Below are positions 27,384 to 41,024 of a DNA stretch of 64,000 bases, in pieces (the stretch's first letter is position 1; each line of letters opens with the position of its first letter). Origin of the DNA: Trichoplax sp. H2 (taxonomy: Eukaryota); the NCBI GenBank assembly GCA_003344405.1, contig NOWV01000222.1, positions 1 through 64,000 on the forward strand, in the 5' to 3' direction. The notes below the pieces were generated by a model. It was not told the origin of the DNA and did not search any database. It saw only the letters and a program-made list of their open reading frames with translations. The position numbers and the translations under genes are program-made.

Positions 27384-29074
27384 ATAACATTGTAATGATT
27401 CAAGGTAAGATGACGGCAGCAGTCTATAGCAGATGAGTGATATTAAAGATATTCAATTTAGGCTTTAAAATAATCAGGTGCTACTAGAGAGCAATTGAAA
27501 ATGTTAGCTAACTCTGTAGGTGGTATCAAAATACATCAGTAAGTGAAGAATGATTGGCTCAGAGTGAGGGATAATAGTCATGCCTAGATTGGAGTCTCTC
27601 ACTTGAAAAAACCACTTGAAAAAAGTAGAAAGCTGTGTAAGAAAATCTACTGTAGAATATATTAGATTAAGCTCGAAGATAAACTGCAAAATATGTTTAC
27701 AAATATGTTGTCATAGAGGACACAAAAGACTCACTGCTATAAGAAGAATTCAGTGTGAATCTAGCTGCATATTGATTATATGTCTAAGTTTCACTTCTAT
27801 CGTATTTGACAATAATTAAATAATAAACTTTTTTATCCGCTAATATTGGGAGATGATAATTGCTTGACTGTTCCATAGGAAGAATAGAAATAGTCAGCAC
27901 TACAATTGACTATTATTTGACAACTATCTACGTAAAACGAAACCATAAGAAATAGTTATAATAATAGTAATTTGAAGTAGGAAATTAATTTATTTATGGA
28001 CGACTTACTATGAATGCCATATTAGTACAAAGGATATTGCTTTGAGGTATACTGTCTGACTGCAAAATATCATATACCGTTACTAATATACTTTTTTAAA
28101 GTGGTAGTAAAAGCAACATTAACCATATATCAATGACAATATTTATCTTCGTAATATAACAAAATTCTCAATTGCTCCTAATCAAGCTCTCTATTTTATT
28201 TAAGAGAATTGCAGTCTAAAAGATCCGCTGTAAAGCTAAAGAGGTTTTTTTAATTAAAGAATAAAATGAGCACCTAAAATGGCAAAACAACTATGATTTT
28301 ATCATGTTTTATGGTGCAATCACAAATCCTAAGAATAAGCCATTTCCTATTATGATTGATAAAGTATTACAAGCAGTAAAAAAATCTGTTTTAATTTCTT
28401 TTAACAAACGCTTCTTTCTAGCCCATTCTAATTGCTACTGTTAGTATATAAGGGTATTGAACTTGGAATGAACAAATTATGTTTTCATATATTTTTAAAT
28501 ATTTACTATTGTAGGTTTTAAAGAGAAATCTCTATCTATCAATAATGTGGAATGCCGCAAATTTCTAACCATCGATTATATTTCATAATTTGGCTTCAAC
28601 TGCTATACGGGGAAACTGCATTTTATTTAATTAGCACTACGGTATTTTCCTGATAAGAATTTAGGGCTATACACAATTTTTCAAAATCTACAGCATAGAT
28701 TAGTTCAAAGATTTTCTAGTTTAAATTTTATTCACAATTTTTGGCGATAAGTGTTGGTAAGCGCTTAGAGGGTAGTCTGCAAGTATAGCAACGGACAGTG
28801 AGTTCAGTACTGTCAGATTCAATCATTGTAACTTTCCTCAAAATGTTTAAATTTCCTAAATTGTTTCTGTTAGTACCGAATGCTTAAAAATCACGATTGA
28901 ATAAAGCAATTATGGAGGCAAAATAAATCTATAGACTAGGGGAAAATAAAATGCTTATTAAATATTCTGAGATGCATTGATGAACTCTTAATCCTCCTTT
29001 CAAGGATTAAATTATAGGTAAGAAAATAGAGGCCGTTTCTTTTGTTAAATGTAGATTTTCCAACATTATTCGAC

Positions 29075-29511
29075 TGTCACGGTACGAACTACCGTGAAGA
29101 AATAGATATCTAAATTTGGTTAATATAATATAGTGATACTATATTACAACTAGTTACTTACAATAGGAATTACTCTAATTATAAATGTGTTTCAGTAAAT
29201 TTAATGCTGTGCTGTAATGTGCACTGAAATGATTCTGTGAATGGACATATTGTAGTCCGACTGTGAAAAATTAGTTAGGTAGATGTTCTCACCTAAGTAT
29301 TTTTATAAGATAACTCGTGAATGTTAGCTGCTGTAGAAGGGTATATAAGCCCGTCAGATAGTTGAATAAAGTAGTTCTCAATTGTCTAGTTGAGTTTAAC
29401 GTAGAATCAAAGGCGTCTAAATTCTTGTGAGTAGGGATACTAAATCCCGGAGACTATAGTAATTTAGAGATTTGTTTAACGTTATCCTTGTCACGAAGCT
29501 GGTTTGTGACG
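29075..29511 (+). mobile_element. Family B solo LTR
   Basis: TGTCACGG...TGTGAC(G); perfect 5-bp TSD TCGAC; TATATAA at 29342, AATAAA at 29365. Confidence 0.85.
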
Positions 29512-32500
29512 TCGACTCAGTTCTAAAAGTTACAATTTGACAGCTCTAAAGATAATAAAAGCTAACTAAAGCTCTAAATTAAAGATAATTGAGGTACAAT
29601 TCATAATGGATGATACCGTAAGAATGAATAAATGACAAAGATGGGCGTTAAATAATTCGTCGATATTTATGACTATGATAATTTAATACAGTTGTTAATT
29701 AATTGACGCAATTAACCTGAAGCTAGAGAATGCTTACAAATTAAGCAATTTTCGGTGTTAAATTTTATTTACTTCTACGTTAGCAATACCACTTCCGCAA
29801 ATAAATTGAATTTCCTATCGAATTTAAAATTGCAATTTGAAACGATGGGATACGATATAATCATGACATTCGTTACTGATATCAGTGCTTCTTAATTTTA
29901 GGCTATAATATCTGCAATATTATAGTTATAATAGGTACAAAAATGGAAAAGTAACGATGGAATTAAGCATTGAGTGAATATTAAATACATCAGTGAGGAT
30001 TCTCTTGAAATTATGTTTTTCCATTTCAACGTTATTCTAGATAGAGTTTAAGAAAGGTCTAAAACATAGTATGATAAAACTTGTACATATGGTTGTAACT
30101 AGTTACAGATGGTATCTTGAATTTCCAATCAATAAGTTTGTCATTTAGTCTCAATTTTTACTGGTCGTTAAAGCGTAAATATCAGCATTACACGCTAAAT
30201 GAGAAATTTCATAATAGAATACTTTACTTGAGACTATAGCAACAGAAGCAATAAACGCAATCAGATAGCTATCAATAATTTTTTAGCGCTAACAATGTTA
30301 AATTTTAAGTTTAAGTTCAATTATGAAATATTAAATAGCTACGCGGACATCTGTTTAATCAATTTCAGCGATGTCAATATTGCAGCCATCCACCATTTAT
30401 ATTCAACCATGTTCTGCTTCATTAACCATGTTAATTAATACTATTGACGGTAATCCAATTCATTGTAAAGCAATAAAACTGTTCATCACTAATGAGGTAG
30501 TAGAGTTACTTATAGTACAGTATTCTTATCATTCAGTTGGGTACCAGCACTTGCGTGAAGCATTCGCTTCTTCAGCAACCAGATGGTACTGATTTCAGCT
30601 AATTACAAAGCTGTAATAACAAGAAAAAAGAGTAATTATACTCTTCTAACATAGCTATACCCGGTATTTACAATATTACTAGTTGAATACCGGACACTTT
30701 CATGCTAAAGCCAGGATTGGCCTTTTTTAAGTTAATTAGATATCAACCTTTATCGTTAGAGCATTATGCGGAGATGTAAAACGTATGTCAATCTGGTTCA
30801 GGCAAAGTCAAATCATCGACTCATTTTTAAACTACAAGAAAATATAATTTGAAAGCAATAATCTACTATATAGTTATTTATTACCAAAGTAAATTATCAT
30901 GACATGTACAATATAAGTTATAAATTAGAACTGGGTATATTAAAAGAGCAATTACTAACTAGTTTAGTCAGTTTGTATTTATCACCTCGAATGAACCTAT
31001 GATTGAAAGTGTAGCTTCTGAGTTAAGATGAAATATCTTAACCTAATACATTGGTTAAAATATGATCGATAATTGATTAATCCAATACTAACATACTAAA
31101 TTTAATAGAATTAAACTGTATCTAATCCGTACAAATAGATACTTTCTTCCGTATTTAGTTTTGATTAATTGCTAAAATGTGAGCTAATTCGTATATTTAA
31201 ACCAGTTTCAAGTACTTAAGCTTTTAGTATTGTATCTATGATTTCTAAGAAAGACCTATCCCTATATTATATCTCCCATTTTCTCTTAAAATTGTCTAGA
31301 TTTTCACCAGCATGGCAGATTAACAATTATAGTTTATGATTACCTATTGAATGTATAATATCGTAATCGAAGCGAATATATTAATCAGGGCTAAAATACA
31401 ATAAGGCGTGATCAGTAAAATGCATTTATATTTCGTATTCATCATCATGTTTCTCTTAATTGCTCGTAAATCTATATAACTCGTATAAAGATACATGGAG
31501 CTATGTAATTCTTCATGTTGATAGATTAACCAAATATATGTAATAAAAGTAATGCTTTAAAAGAAGTCGCAGTTCTTTCTTCAATATTTTGAAGACACTA
31601 TATGATACAACCAATCATAAATGTATTCGAAATTCTATAATAATGAACTGTGCTATGATATACTGTAGATCTCACATATTTAAGCAGCGCTAGGAGATCC
31701 TAATATTTTTTTTATGACTTTTCTGATACTGAAAAGTCATTAAAACACATTCTACAACTACATCTCGCTTTAATTTGTGATTAAAGTCTTCACAAGAATA
31801 AATATGGTAATACGGATGTAGACTTTTAGATGTCACAAAATTACGTAAATTGTCCGTATGATTCCTCATTAAATGAGGGTTATCTGCACGGAAAATAATA
31901 TAATTTTACAATTTAATTTTCAAGCATGAACAGGTTTAGGATTAATCAATATTATATTACATTGCTTCTAATTAGCTTTTAAAACTCTTTTTTAATAAAA
32001 TTCTAGTTGCACATCCTATTTCAGTAATCTCATTAGAAAGAAAATGTGTATATTTTCGAGTCTACGTCCTGTAGATGCAGTTTGCTGAACCTTCTGTGAG
32101 ATTGTGCCGGTACTTTTTGTTATTAATGCACTTATTGCAGAGCATAATGCTAACTTTAAACATCTTTATGTATACAATACGTGTCAGCCAATTACTTCAG
32201 TTGAGATAAATCGAAATAAATCTTAGAAATAATTACTCGATTATAAAAATCTTCTTTAATGTAGTTATTCTTTGTGATCCTTATTATTGTTTTTTTATTT
32301 AGCTAATATAAGGCATTAAAACATATAATTAAACAAAGTGGTAAGTTTCTTTGAGTTTGCCATAGAAAGCATGTAGTACGCACGGAAAAGCCTTGCTAAC
32401 TTCTACATATTATTCATCAATTAATTTCTGATAGCTAGCCATGACTTGAAATAAACAGATTATTAGCACTTTAAGTATCTGAAAGTTTCAATTTCCAAAA

Positions 32501-33096
32501 CACTCTGTTAAACACTAAATAAAATCACTTTTTTCAAAATGTACCAAGTGCCTACATGTCAAATTTGAAACTTTTAAATATTATAAGTTCAATACAAAAA
32601 CATACCAATGACCTTTTAATAGCTCGATAGCTGCTTGCATCAAATCATAAGTCATTAATCATGATAGCAAAATATTAATTAATGAAGCATGTAAACTATA
32701 CATTAGTTATGATTGCAAGATATCAATTAACGAAGCACATAAACTATAGCATTTAAAATATCTCTACTTCGTGATTTAAAATGTAATATCTAACAAATAC
32801 ATTTAACCGTACATGTCATATATAGTATGACATGTATTAAGATATTGAAAGGGTGTCATGAAAACTCAAAGTAATGCATAGCAAGTCTACGCTAAAAGAT
32901 CTTCATAAACAAGGAACGTGAGATTCCCACGTGGTGGAATCCGGTACGTCAAAACCCTAGTTTAAAAATGCAATAAAAAGGAATAAAATCCTATATTTCT
33001 TTAAAAACATCAAAATTCATTATTCTAGAACATAATTCATTCTATATTAATTTTAGATAATTAAAGACAATTAGTTCTTATGGCAAAAATGAGCGA

Positions 33097-36000
33097 CTAA
33101 GAGTAATTTTTAGGATCCTATCAACTTCCCGAATTATGCCCGGCTACGTAAATTTTTGATTACTAAAGTAAGCCAGACAAACTCCATCAAAGTGATCTCG
33201 TTTGCAGGCAAAAGAGAATTTATCATACTTACCTTAAATTTTTGGACATTTTCAATTGTGTAGCTACCTATATAACGAAAGTCGCAACATGATTTTAGAA
33301 TTAGTTCTTATGGCAATGTTTTAAGTTGTATTACATGCCCCATTAATCGCATAATTTTTTTGCAAAGAATCTTTAACAGATCGTATCAAAATGATTAAAA
33401 CCTACCGTCCACTTCATCCAATTTCTTATTAATGTCATCTCCATGTATTTTTCTTCCTTTAGATGGTTTAGATGGATAAGGTGACGAATTATAATTATCG
33501 GGACCATGCTATAAAATATGTAGGAAATGATTCAATCGGCTTGTAAAGGCAACTAAAGATTGATGCTATATCTATCACAATCAAGCTCTTTCCAATACGA
33601 TTATTCTAATACAGCTATTTAATGCAGTATATTAATTTTGCTAAAAAACAAAAGGCCACAAGATTCTATAAATGAAATACACCTTCAGTTTCAATGAAAA
33701 TCACCATTAGCATTTTATTCTATAGTAAATCTTTCTATGCGGAAGATTTCGAATATCATTTTACCTGTAAACTAGTCAGGATATTTTTTCGCCTTAGGAC
33801 AACTTTAAATACTGATTTCACCTAAATTATAAATTAGAAAATTGTAAATGCATATTAATCAAATAACTGCTTTAACACTAAAAATTGCAGCTTGCAAAAT
33901 TTAACTCGTTGCATAATTTGGCAGCAAGTGTTTATTAAAGACTCAATTATATTTAAAATAGCTTTATCCTTATTAATAAATATTAATATACTTAGCTGTA
34001 CCTCAGAATTCAGAACACAGTGAAATATGAATATAAAAACACCCTATAGAATGCAGAGTAAACAGAAGAATAGATAAATATGTATCTAGATATGCATTCA
34101 GAAATTAAGTATTAAATGAAAAGGTCTTCGTATCTTAAGGAAAATACGTCAACCTCTGAAGTACTTATATGCGATATATTTATTTGCTGTATATTTTATC
34201 ACTGTGACTAACTATAAACATTATATAGTATAATCTGAATTAATTTACCTGTAAGGAATTGAGTACAACAAATATATACGAAAACATGATCGTGTCAGGA
34301 GATACTGGAATTAGTCCAAATACCCAAGTAACACCTAGGATTGGAAACAGGATTGCAGTAGCCTTGACTATTGATCTGCATCCCAGACAATATAATCAAC
34401 TATTATCAGTATTAAGTAAAGTAATAATCATTAATATCCAATAATTGGATCAAATATAATTCAGACAAATTAACATTTCCTTACTTGGCCTTAATGTAGC
34501 TACACTTTTTAACCTTTTCACCTGCAACAGACGTGCTAGAATTGACAGCTATTCTAATAACCAGTGCCATAGTAATCAGATTGATCTAGAAAACATCGAA
34601 AGAATAGCCTTATGAACTATATTTTAACATTATAATTTTACTTTTGAATGATGATACAGCTTCTATGAATATTGGAATATTGTATTCATGGATCTATATT
34701 TTCAAATTTAAGGTATCGTAGAAATGTTTTACTTGTAACTGCAAAGGCGCTCATAGATCCATTAGGGCAATAAATAACGAAATTTAAAGATTCTTTTAAT
34801 ACTAGCTATTTCAATGTCTATTGCAACCTAATCATAACTCATATTTTCACATCAATACTGCAAACAGCTGTTTCATACAAAATATTATAGGCTATTGCTT
34901 AATTACAACTTAGCCACAACGATAATTACCTTTGGTAGCTAATTTTAGATATTTATTGTAGTAATTCTATTTTATTTAAACTCAGCACTTAGAGGTTTCT
35001 AATTATGTCATTAGGGTATTAAACTTTAAACGATAACGCTACAACTGAACAGTTAGAACTGTCCCTATCCAAATATATCGACTATCGCTACAAGCGCAAA
35101 TACTTTACTAATACTTATACAATTGCCCGAAATCTTACTATAGTGCACATACAATAAAGATAACTCCAATAGGTGTTATAAATGACCAAATCATGCCATG
35201 ATTATAAGATAACCAGCATCTAAAATATAGTAAATCATAAAATTAGAATACTTGAAATTGAAAGGTGAATTATTGAGTCCAAATATCTTCGTATATCCTT
35301 TTTATACCGATTATTGATCCCATAGTCTTCAAATCTTATCATAGATGTGACCCCCACAATCAGCAGAGGTAGTCCTTTAAAGTATTAAAGACACATTTTT
35401 TAATGCTTCATATCAATAGTTAAATCCATCAAATTTAAATTAGGTAAATATCTTTAATATTGTTTCTATCTCAATTCTAAAGACTGTACAAGTCTTTAGA
35501 TATAATTATTTGACCTTGAATTTTAGTTCTTATTTATTATAGACAAAATTCTCACTTTGTTTTACAAATTTTACTAAAATAAATGCCATTAGCAATCTCT
35601 TACCCCAGCCCAGTGACAAATAAAATTTCATTTTACTTCTTTGGTTAAAAACAGCAATGATCACAAAATATAAATGAATTCCTTCTACCATCATCCAAGA
35701 AAATGCAGCCAAATAAAAGAAATGTAGTAAAATGCTGGTAATCTTGCAAGCAACCTGTAAATAAAGAGCAAAGAAAATGTTACAGTAGCTTTCAAGTTTA
35801 GCAGTGCATCAAAGAAATCATAAAAATGCTATTATTACAATCTTACTGCAACGTTAATTAATCTATCTCTAAGGCTTTATAATTTAATAGATCACCTACC
35901 TGATATTTCGTTACATTCATGGCCAACATCAACGTACCTTGAGCCAAAAGAAGTGCAACCAACAAGTTTTTGTGTACCACAAACCTTTCAGAATTCAATC

Positions 36001-39000
36001 TTAAGATACGCAAGAATAATTTGAATAACCGTTTAATGGCCAGCATAGCAATATAAATTATTGATTGTGCATACCTTAATAAGGTATAAACGGCTAATGT
36101 TAAAAAGATGAAAAATATAGAGCATCCCATCCCAATGACAGTAATAAGATCCAAATTTTCTAGATAAGTTCGTGTGTTGTTATAATCTTTTGTGCTTTGC
36201 TATTGGCAAAATAAAAGATTAAAAGAGCTCTTTCTTAAAGCCTATAAATATTTAATGAATAATCTAGGCTTACTTTTATTGGTTGAACCATTAGGGCAAA
36301 ATGGGTTAAATGATTGCATTGACAGACTGTATAAGTTCTGCTTCTGGCTACCGCGACACAGCCGCGCTGGGACCAGGTACTGTAAAAATGGAATTAAGTT
36401 AAACACACATAAAGTTTTAAATCCTCTACTTTGATACAATATTAAAAGGCTACAAGAAAATAGTTTAACGGTTTAAAAATAAGTAATCTACAATTTTTAG
36501 GGTTTTAAAAACTCGTTTACGGTATTTAAGACTAGATAAAAATTCATTCATTCATTACGATTGATCGTATTGTAGTGCCATACCGAGATGGAATTTCAAA
36601 TTTAATGGTATAAATATAAATATACTACTTGTGAAGTAAATAGTTAGGATCCATAATTTCTCTCGTACGTACTGCGATTTTGTATCCCAAAATACACAGA
36701 CAACTTCTTGAAGAGATGATTCAATCTAAAACATTAAAGCCGATTTTTGGTGTTAGAATGCATGATATTTCTTGGCTCCTATAATATGACCTTAAATATC
36801 AGATTAAACATAGCACTGCTGTAAGTTAAAATATGATATTTATATGTGACATTTCATGTTTACGAATAGCTCGATCTTGTCTACATCTTGAATACCCACA
36901 GAAACATACTCTTATAACTGGGATAGTGAAAACGACTTAAATATAAACATATACAATATTTTATGATTGCGATTAGCTCGATTATTTCTACACGTACAAA
37001 AATACTCTCATGACTAGGTTACTGGAAATAACATAATTTTAGTCAATATTTTATGCTTATGATTAACTGGATCCTTTTTAAATTTCTAGTCCCTAATTGA
37101 TCATTATCCAAAGTATAGTAGATACGGAAAAAAGGGTCATGCAATCTATAATGTAAATATAATAAATGCTTAATGTTCTGACTGTTCACTGCTTGCTTCA
37201 CTACTCTGACAAGGAATTTTCTAGAATAGCAATCATATATTTCTTCTATTTCTAAATATTTAATAACCCTATTTATGAAATAGTAATAGAGTAAGAAATT
37301 AGCTCACCGCTTTATGGCTTAAATTATAAACAAAGTTTTGATCTGCTTCAAATCTTGGTGTCGGATTTATTGTACATAATAGAATCGCGGATAGAATTTC
37401 TTTAGAGCTGCAAAAAAAATATTTAGCTGCAATTATCTACAATGCTCCCGAAGCAATTTCTACTAAAAAAAATCAACAAAACGTCTAGGAAAGCTTATAC
37501 CCGTTGACGGTTACATTTCCAAAGTAACTTTCAAATCGTAGTATTCCAGAAACAATTACTAACTTTTCATTGACTATAATGGGAATATTTATAATTTAGG
37601 AAGTTTGTCTGAATATTTTTTGGCCAATATCATACTTGAGCAGAAAGCATGAAACAGTTACCGTCAAAAGAATTGGCTAGTTTGGGTATATTAAGCGAAG
37701 CTGCCACATTTAGTGACGTCGAAATTATGCTTTTAGTAAACTGATGATTATTGTGATATCGTGCAGGTTCGACAATAACTTCCATATCTGAAAAAGATCG
37801 CAAAATGAGTAAAGAGCTTTTACAATTATCCTTTTCAGATTAATAAAGCTAAAAGCTAAATGATTTGTGATATAGAAATCGATGGTCTAGTAGATAATTT
37901 CTTCATCAATACTTAATCATAAAGTGTCTTACCAATATCTGTCTCTTGGATGGATAACGATTGGCTTATATTGCATGCTTGAGTCAATGCTAACCCTAAC
38001 GCATCTATATTACTTGCTGATTGTGAAATTACAGCCATTTGCTCACTCTGCAAAAAACAATGATAAGCGTTATTTTATCGCCAATCTGTCTTTTCTACTG
38101 GATGGATAATCTCTCAATATCTTAATATAAGCTCTTGATACTAACCCTTTCTTTATCAGATGAATAATTTTGGGCTGTTTTAATCATCTGAAAATAATTC
38201 TAATGAAGATTGCGAGAAAAATAATTTTATAGCTCATGGTCTCTAAGAATATGTTTTACTTATAGCGCATGTTGGACATTACTTTTATTTTGTAGTTGAA
38301 CTAAATTTCAAAAATCTTACTTTTATTAGCCGAGTTTGACCAGTATTCTGACCACATATTAATTCGGTTTTTGTAATCATAGCGCTTACTAAATCTAATG
38401 CATTCACCAAAGCTTGACAAGAAATATTGTTATTGACCTGGACAGATCTCTGAAAAGATATCAGCACTTCGTTGCCGTAGCTAGAATTAACGGTTTGATT
38501 ACTTTCCTTTAGCTACCATATAATGAGAAGAAATGAAGAAATCGAGAAAATTTTATCCAATATGAAAAATTCTTGTAAGAATAGGAAACAATATTTCTAG
38601 ATAGTTTGATCATTTTCAGCACAAATACCTGATATAAAGCAGTTTCGAACAGAACAAAACTTATGTTTTTCTTACTTCCAGATATAGTTGCGGGAAATAA
38701 AGTAGATTCATCTATCAATAAGTGAGTGGCATTATACATTAAACAATATTTTTTATACTTATTTAAATTAATGCTGCGACTCTTCTACAGATTAAATGAT
38801 CGCATTTTAAAATGCTAAGCTCTACGGCTTAGTTGTCTTGATCTGTTCTTTAGCGGTATAACAGCTAACAGCAATTTGCGAAATCAAGATGCTTTGCAAG
38901 ATCAAAATTAATCTTATAAGCATGAATAGAATACAAAGTGCATCAAGTTTCTAGAAAGATTTATACTCTAAAATTTAACGGATTGATAAAGCGATTTATA

Positions 39001-41024
39001 ATGTACGTAAAAGAATACATTTGTGATGCTTGTACAACTGCAATTCATCAACTTCTTGCCTGAGCCTAATACGTTGGCATGTTTAAAGGCCATGATAGAC
39101 TTATGTAAGAATAACAGCATTGATCAACTTACTCTTTTGTGGACTTTCTGAATAATTTAAATTTGGAGAAGTCGCTTTCTCCGTAGTTATTGAATTGGCT
39201 GTGCTGTCTATTGCCGGTCTCACTGTTGCTGTCGTTTGGCCAACATAGCTGGTTGCTGCATCAGTAATCGGAATAATTCCAGTTGAGCATTTCTGAGAAT
39301 CAGAGCAATCACTAACTGTGGCTATTTCTGTCCTTTTTGAAGGTGTTATGCTATTAGAATCAGTTCGAAAGATGGTCTGGACTGTTGGTACAGATGTTAT
39401 TTTAGCTGTCATTTCTTCCGTTATTACAGATGAATTAAAGCTATCAGTAGTTTCTTCTATTTTGATCGCTGTAGTAGAATTAGCCAATTCACTACTTACG
39501 GCTGTAGCATTATTCTCATCATTAAAATCTGCAGGAATCTCGGTAGGATCAATTATAGTAGTTGCATTATCAACTTCTTCATCCGTAGGGAAATCAATGG
39601 TGATCGTTGCTTCATTACTATAGTTGGAGTTACTCCATTGCTCAGTGGTAAAGTTATCAGAAACTTGTGGATTGTCTGTAGAGTCGATCTGAGTAATATT
39701 TGTTTCTGTAGTGGCTGATAAAGATGTCGTTGTCTCAGTTTCGTTACTATTCAAGGGATCTATAGTCCCAATAATACCGTTTGTCGATTGATCGCCACTT
39801 CCACTTATAGATTCCGAAAAATTGAATGCTACTCCTGTTGCTGTTAAGGTTGTGTTTACTGTTGTATTTGTTACTACTTCTATATCTTCTGTTGCCGTTT
39901 CTGTCACTTGTGCAGTCGTTTCCGTTGTTATTTCTGTTGAAGTTTCGATTAAGACTTGTGTTGTAGTTTCATTCACTGCTGTTATATTTTTATTTGTTGT
40001 TTCTGACACAGTTTCAGTAGTTGCTTCTGTCGTAGGTTTGCTAGTTGCTACTGGTGTAATTTCACTGGCAATTTCTGTTGTGGCTGCTGTAGTGGCATCA
40101 GTGATAGTTAAGGCATAAGCTATTGGAATAAGTAACAAGAACAATTAAAAATAGATCAGAAATGCAATATAGTCTTTGCAGTAGTTACAAAATAGCATTG
40201 ATTATAAGACTTTAGCCATCGCAACAAATCCATTGGGCAACAGTTATCAAACACTACGCTTAAGAAGATAATTTAAGTAATTGATAAAGTTTCAAAAGTT
40301 CAATTAAGCAAGCAAACATCAATTTAATTTTCTAATCAAATGAATACTACTGGGCCAAGTAAAGTACTAATACTAACAGGATATTCTACTCGTGATATTT
40401 CGTGTAGATGGACAGCAATAATGCTATAAATTTTTACTAATGTGCATTATTATATGCTGCTATTTTGTCGCCCATCTAAACCAAACACGATACTCCGATA
40501 CTGTTCTTCGTGATTCTTTAGGTAAATTACATCACAAGAATTAAATTGATGCCAATTTCAACATCGTTTATTGGCAAAGATTGCCATCGAGAATGCCTTA
40601 CCGATATCACAAATAAACGGATATTTTATTGCACAATCTACATCGCGCCATCTCCAAGTAGCACCCGAAGTTCGGCGGTAGGAAACGCATTTTCTTGACT
40701 TCCAATATGGCGCACCGTAATACCAATTATCATAGCCATAATAAGCGATACTTTTACCTGTTTGGATCCAAATGTGGCTAGAATCTGTGTCAGCGCCCGT
40801 CATGTCTTTCAGGCCAATGTAAATAAAATCGCTGGTTTGTCCAGTCAAGAAAGTAGTTTTGATAAAATTGGAAACAGATGCACTATCAACGTAAGTCAAC
40901 TGAGCGCCTGGATATAGGTTTTTACACGCAGTATTGGCATTATCAAAGGTTTCATAGGAGCTTGTAGCATTTACTAATTTAAAACAACGATCTTCATGGG
41001 ATTTCCAGCCGGTTGGACAACAAT
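33097..41024 (-). CDS. Adhesion GPCR paralogue 2 (C-type lectin + Thr-rich stalk + GAIN/GPS + 7TM); 5' signal exon uncertain
   Basis: CTL exon 40602-41024; stalk exon 39133-40119; GAIN exons about 38.5-36.7 kb (VCVFWDTKS); GPS exon 36274-36379 (WSQRGC...CQCNHLTHFALMV); TM exons LDLITVIGMGCS, LNSERFVVHKNL, AFSWMMVEGIHLY..GWG, KATAILFPILGVTWVFG, GVFIFIFHCVLNSE; small tail exons to a probable TAG at 33097-33099. Confidence 0.9.
39133..40119 (-). CDS. Thr/Ser/Glu-rich stalk exon of aGPCR paralogue 2
   Basis: 987-nt phase 1-1 exon inside ORF 39101..40144, with an AG acceptor and GTAAGT donor. Confidence 0.85.
40602..41024 (-). CDS. C-type lectin domain exon of aGPCR paralogue 2
   Basis: 423-nt phase 1-1 exon: CPTGWKSHEDRCF...C...YIGL...KC...WRWRDVDC...FICD; overlaps ORF 40558..40899. 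Confidence 0.9.

Larger units (their letters stand above)
15900..31500 (+). pseudogene. Heavily decayed leucine-rich-repeat (LRR) surface-protein pseudogene 1; boundaries approximate
   Basis: Plus-strand fragments broken by stops/frameshifts: LNGNAIKYV (16377), INIKSIP (~19625), ENIDLIDRKFGNLLTIAILYI (~21375), HNFSQLQALSKL (25200), TIFQNLQH (28673), LETIATEAINAI (30227), NQIAINNFLALTML (30259), C-cap IDGNPIHC (30443) then TCVKHSLL..C (~30550), and hydrophobic LYFVFIIMFLLIARK (~31425). Interrupted by solo LTRs. Confidence 0.55.
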
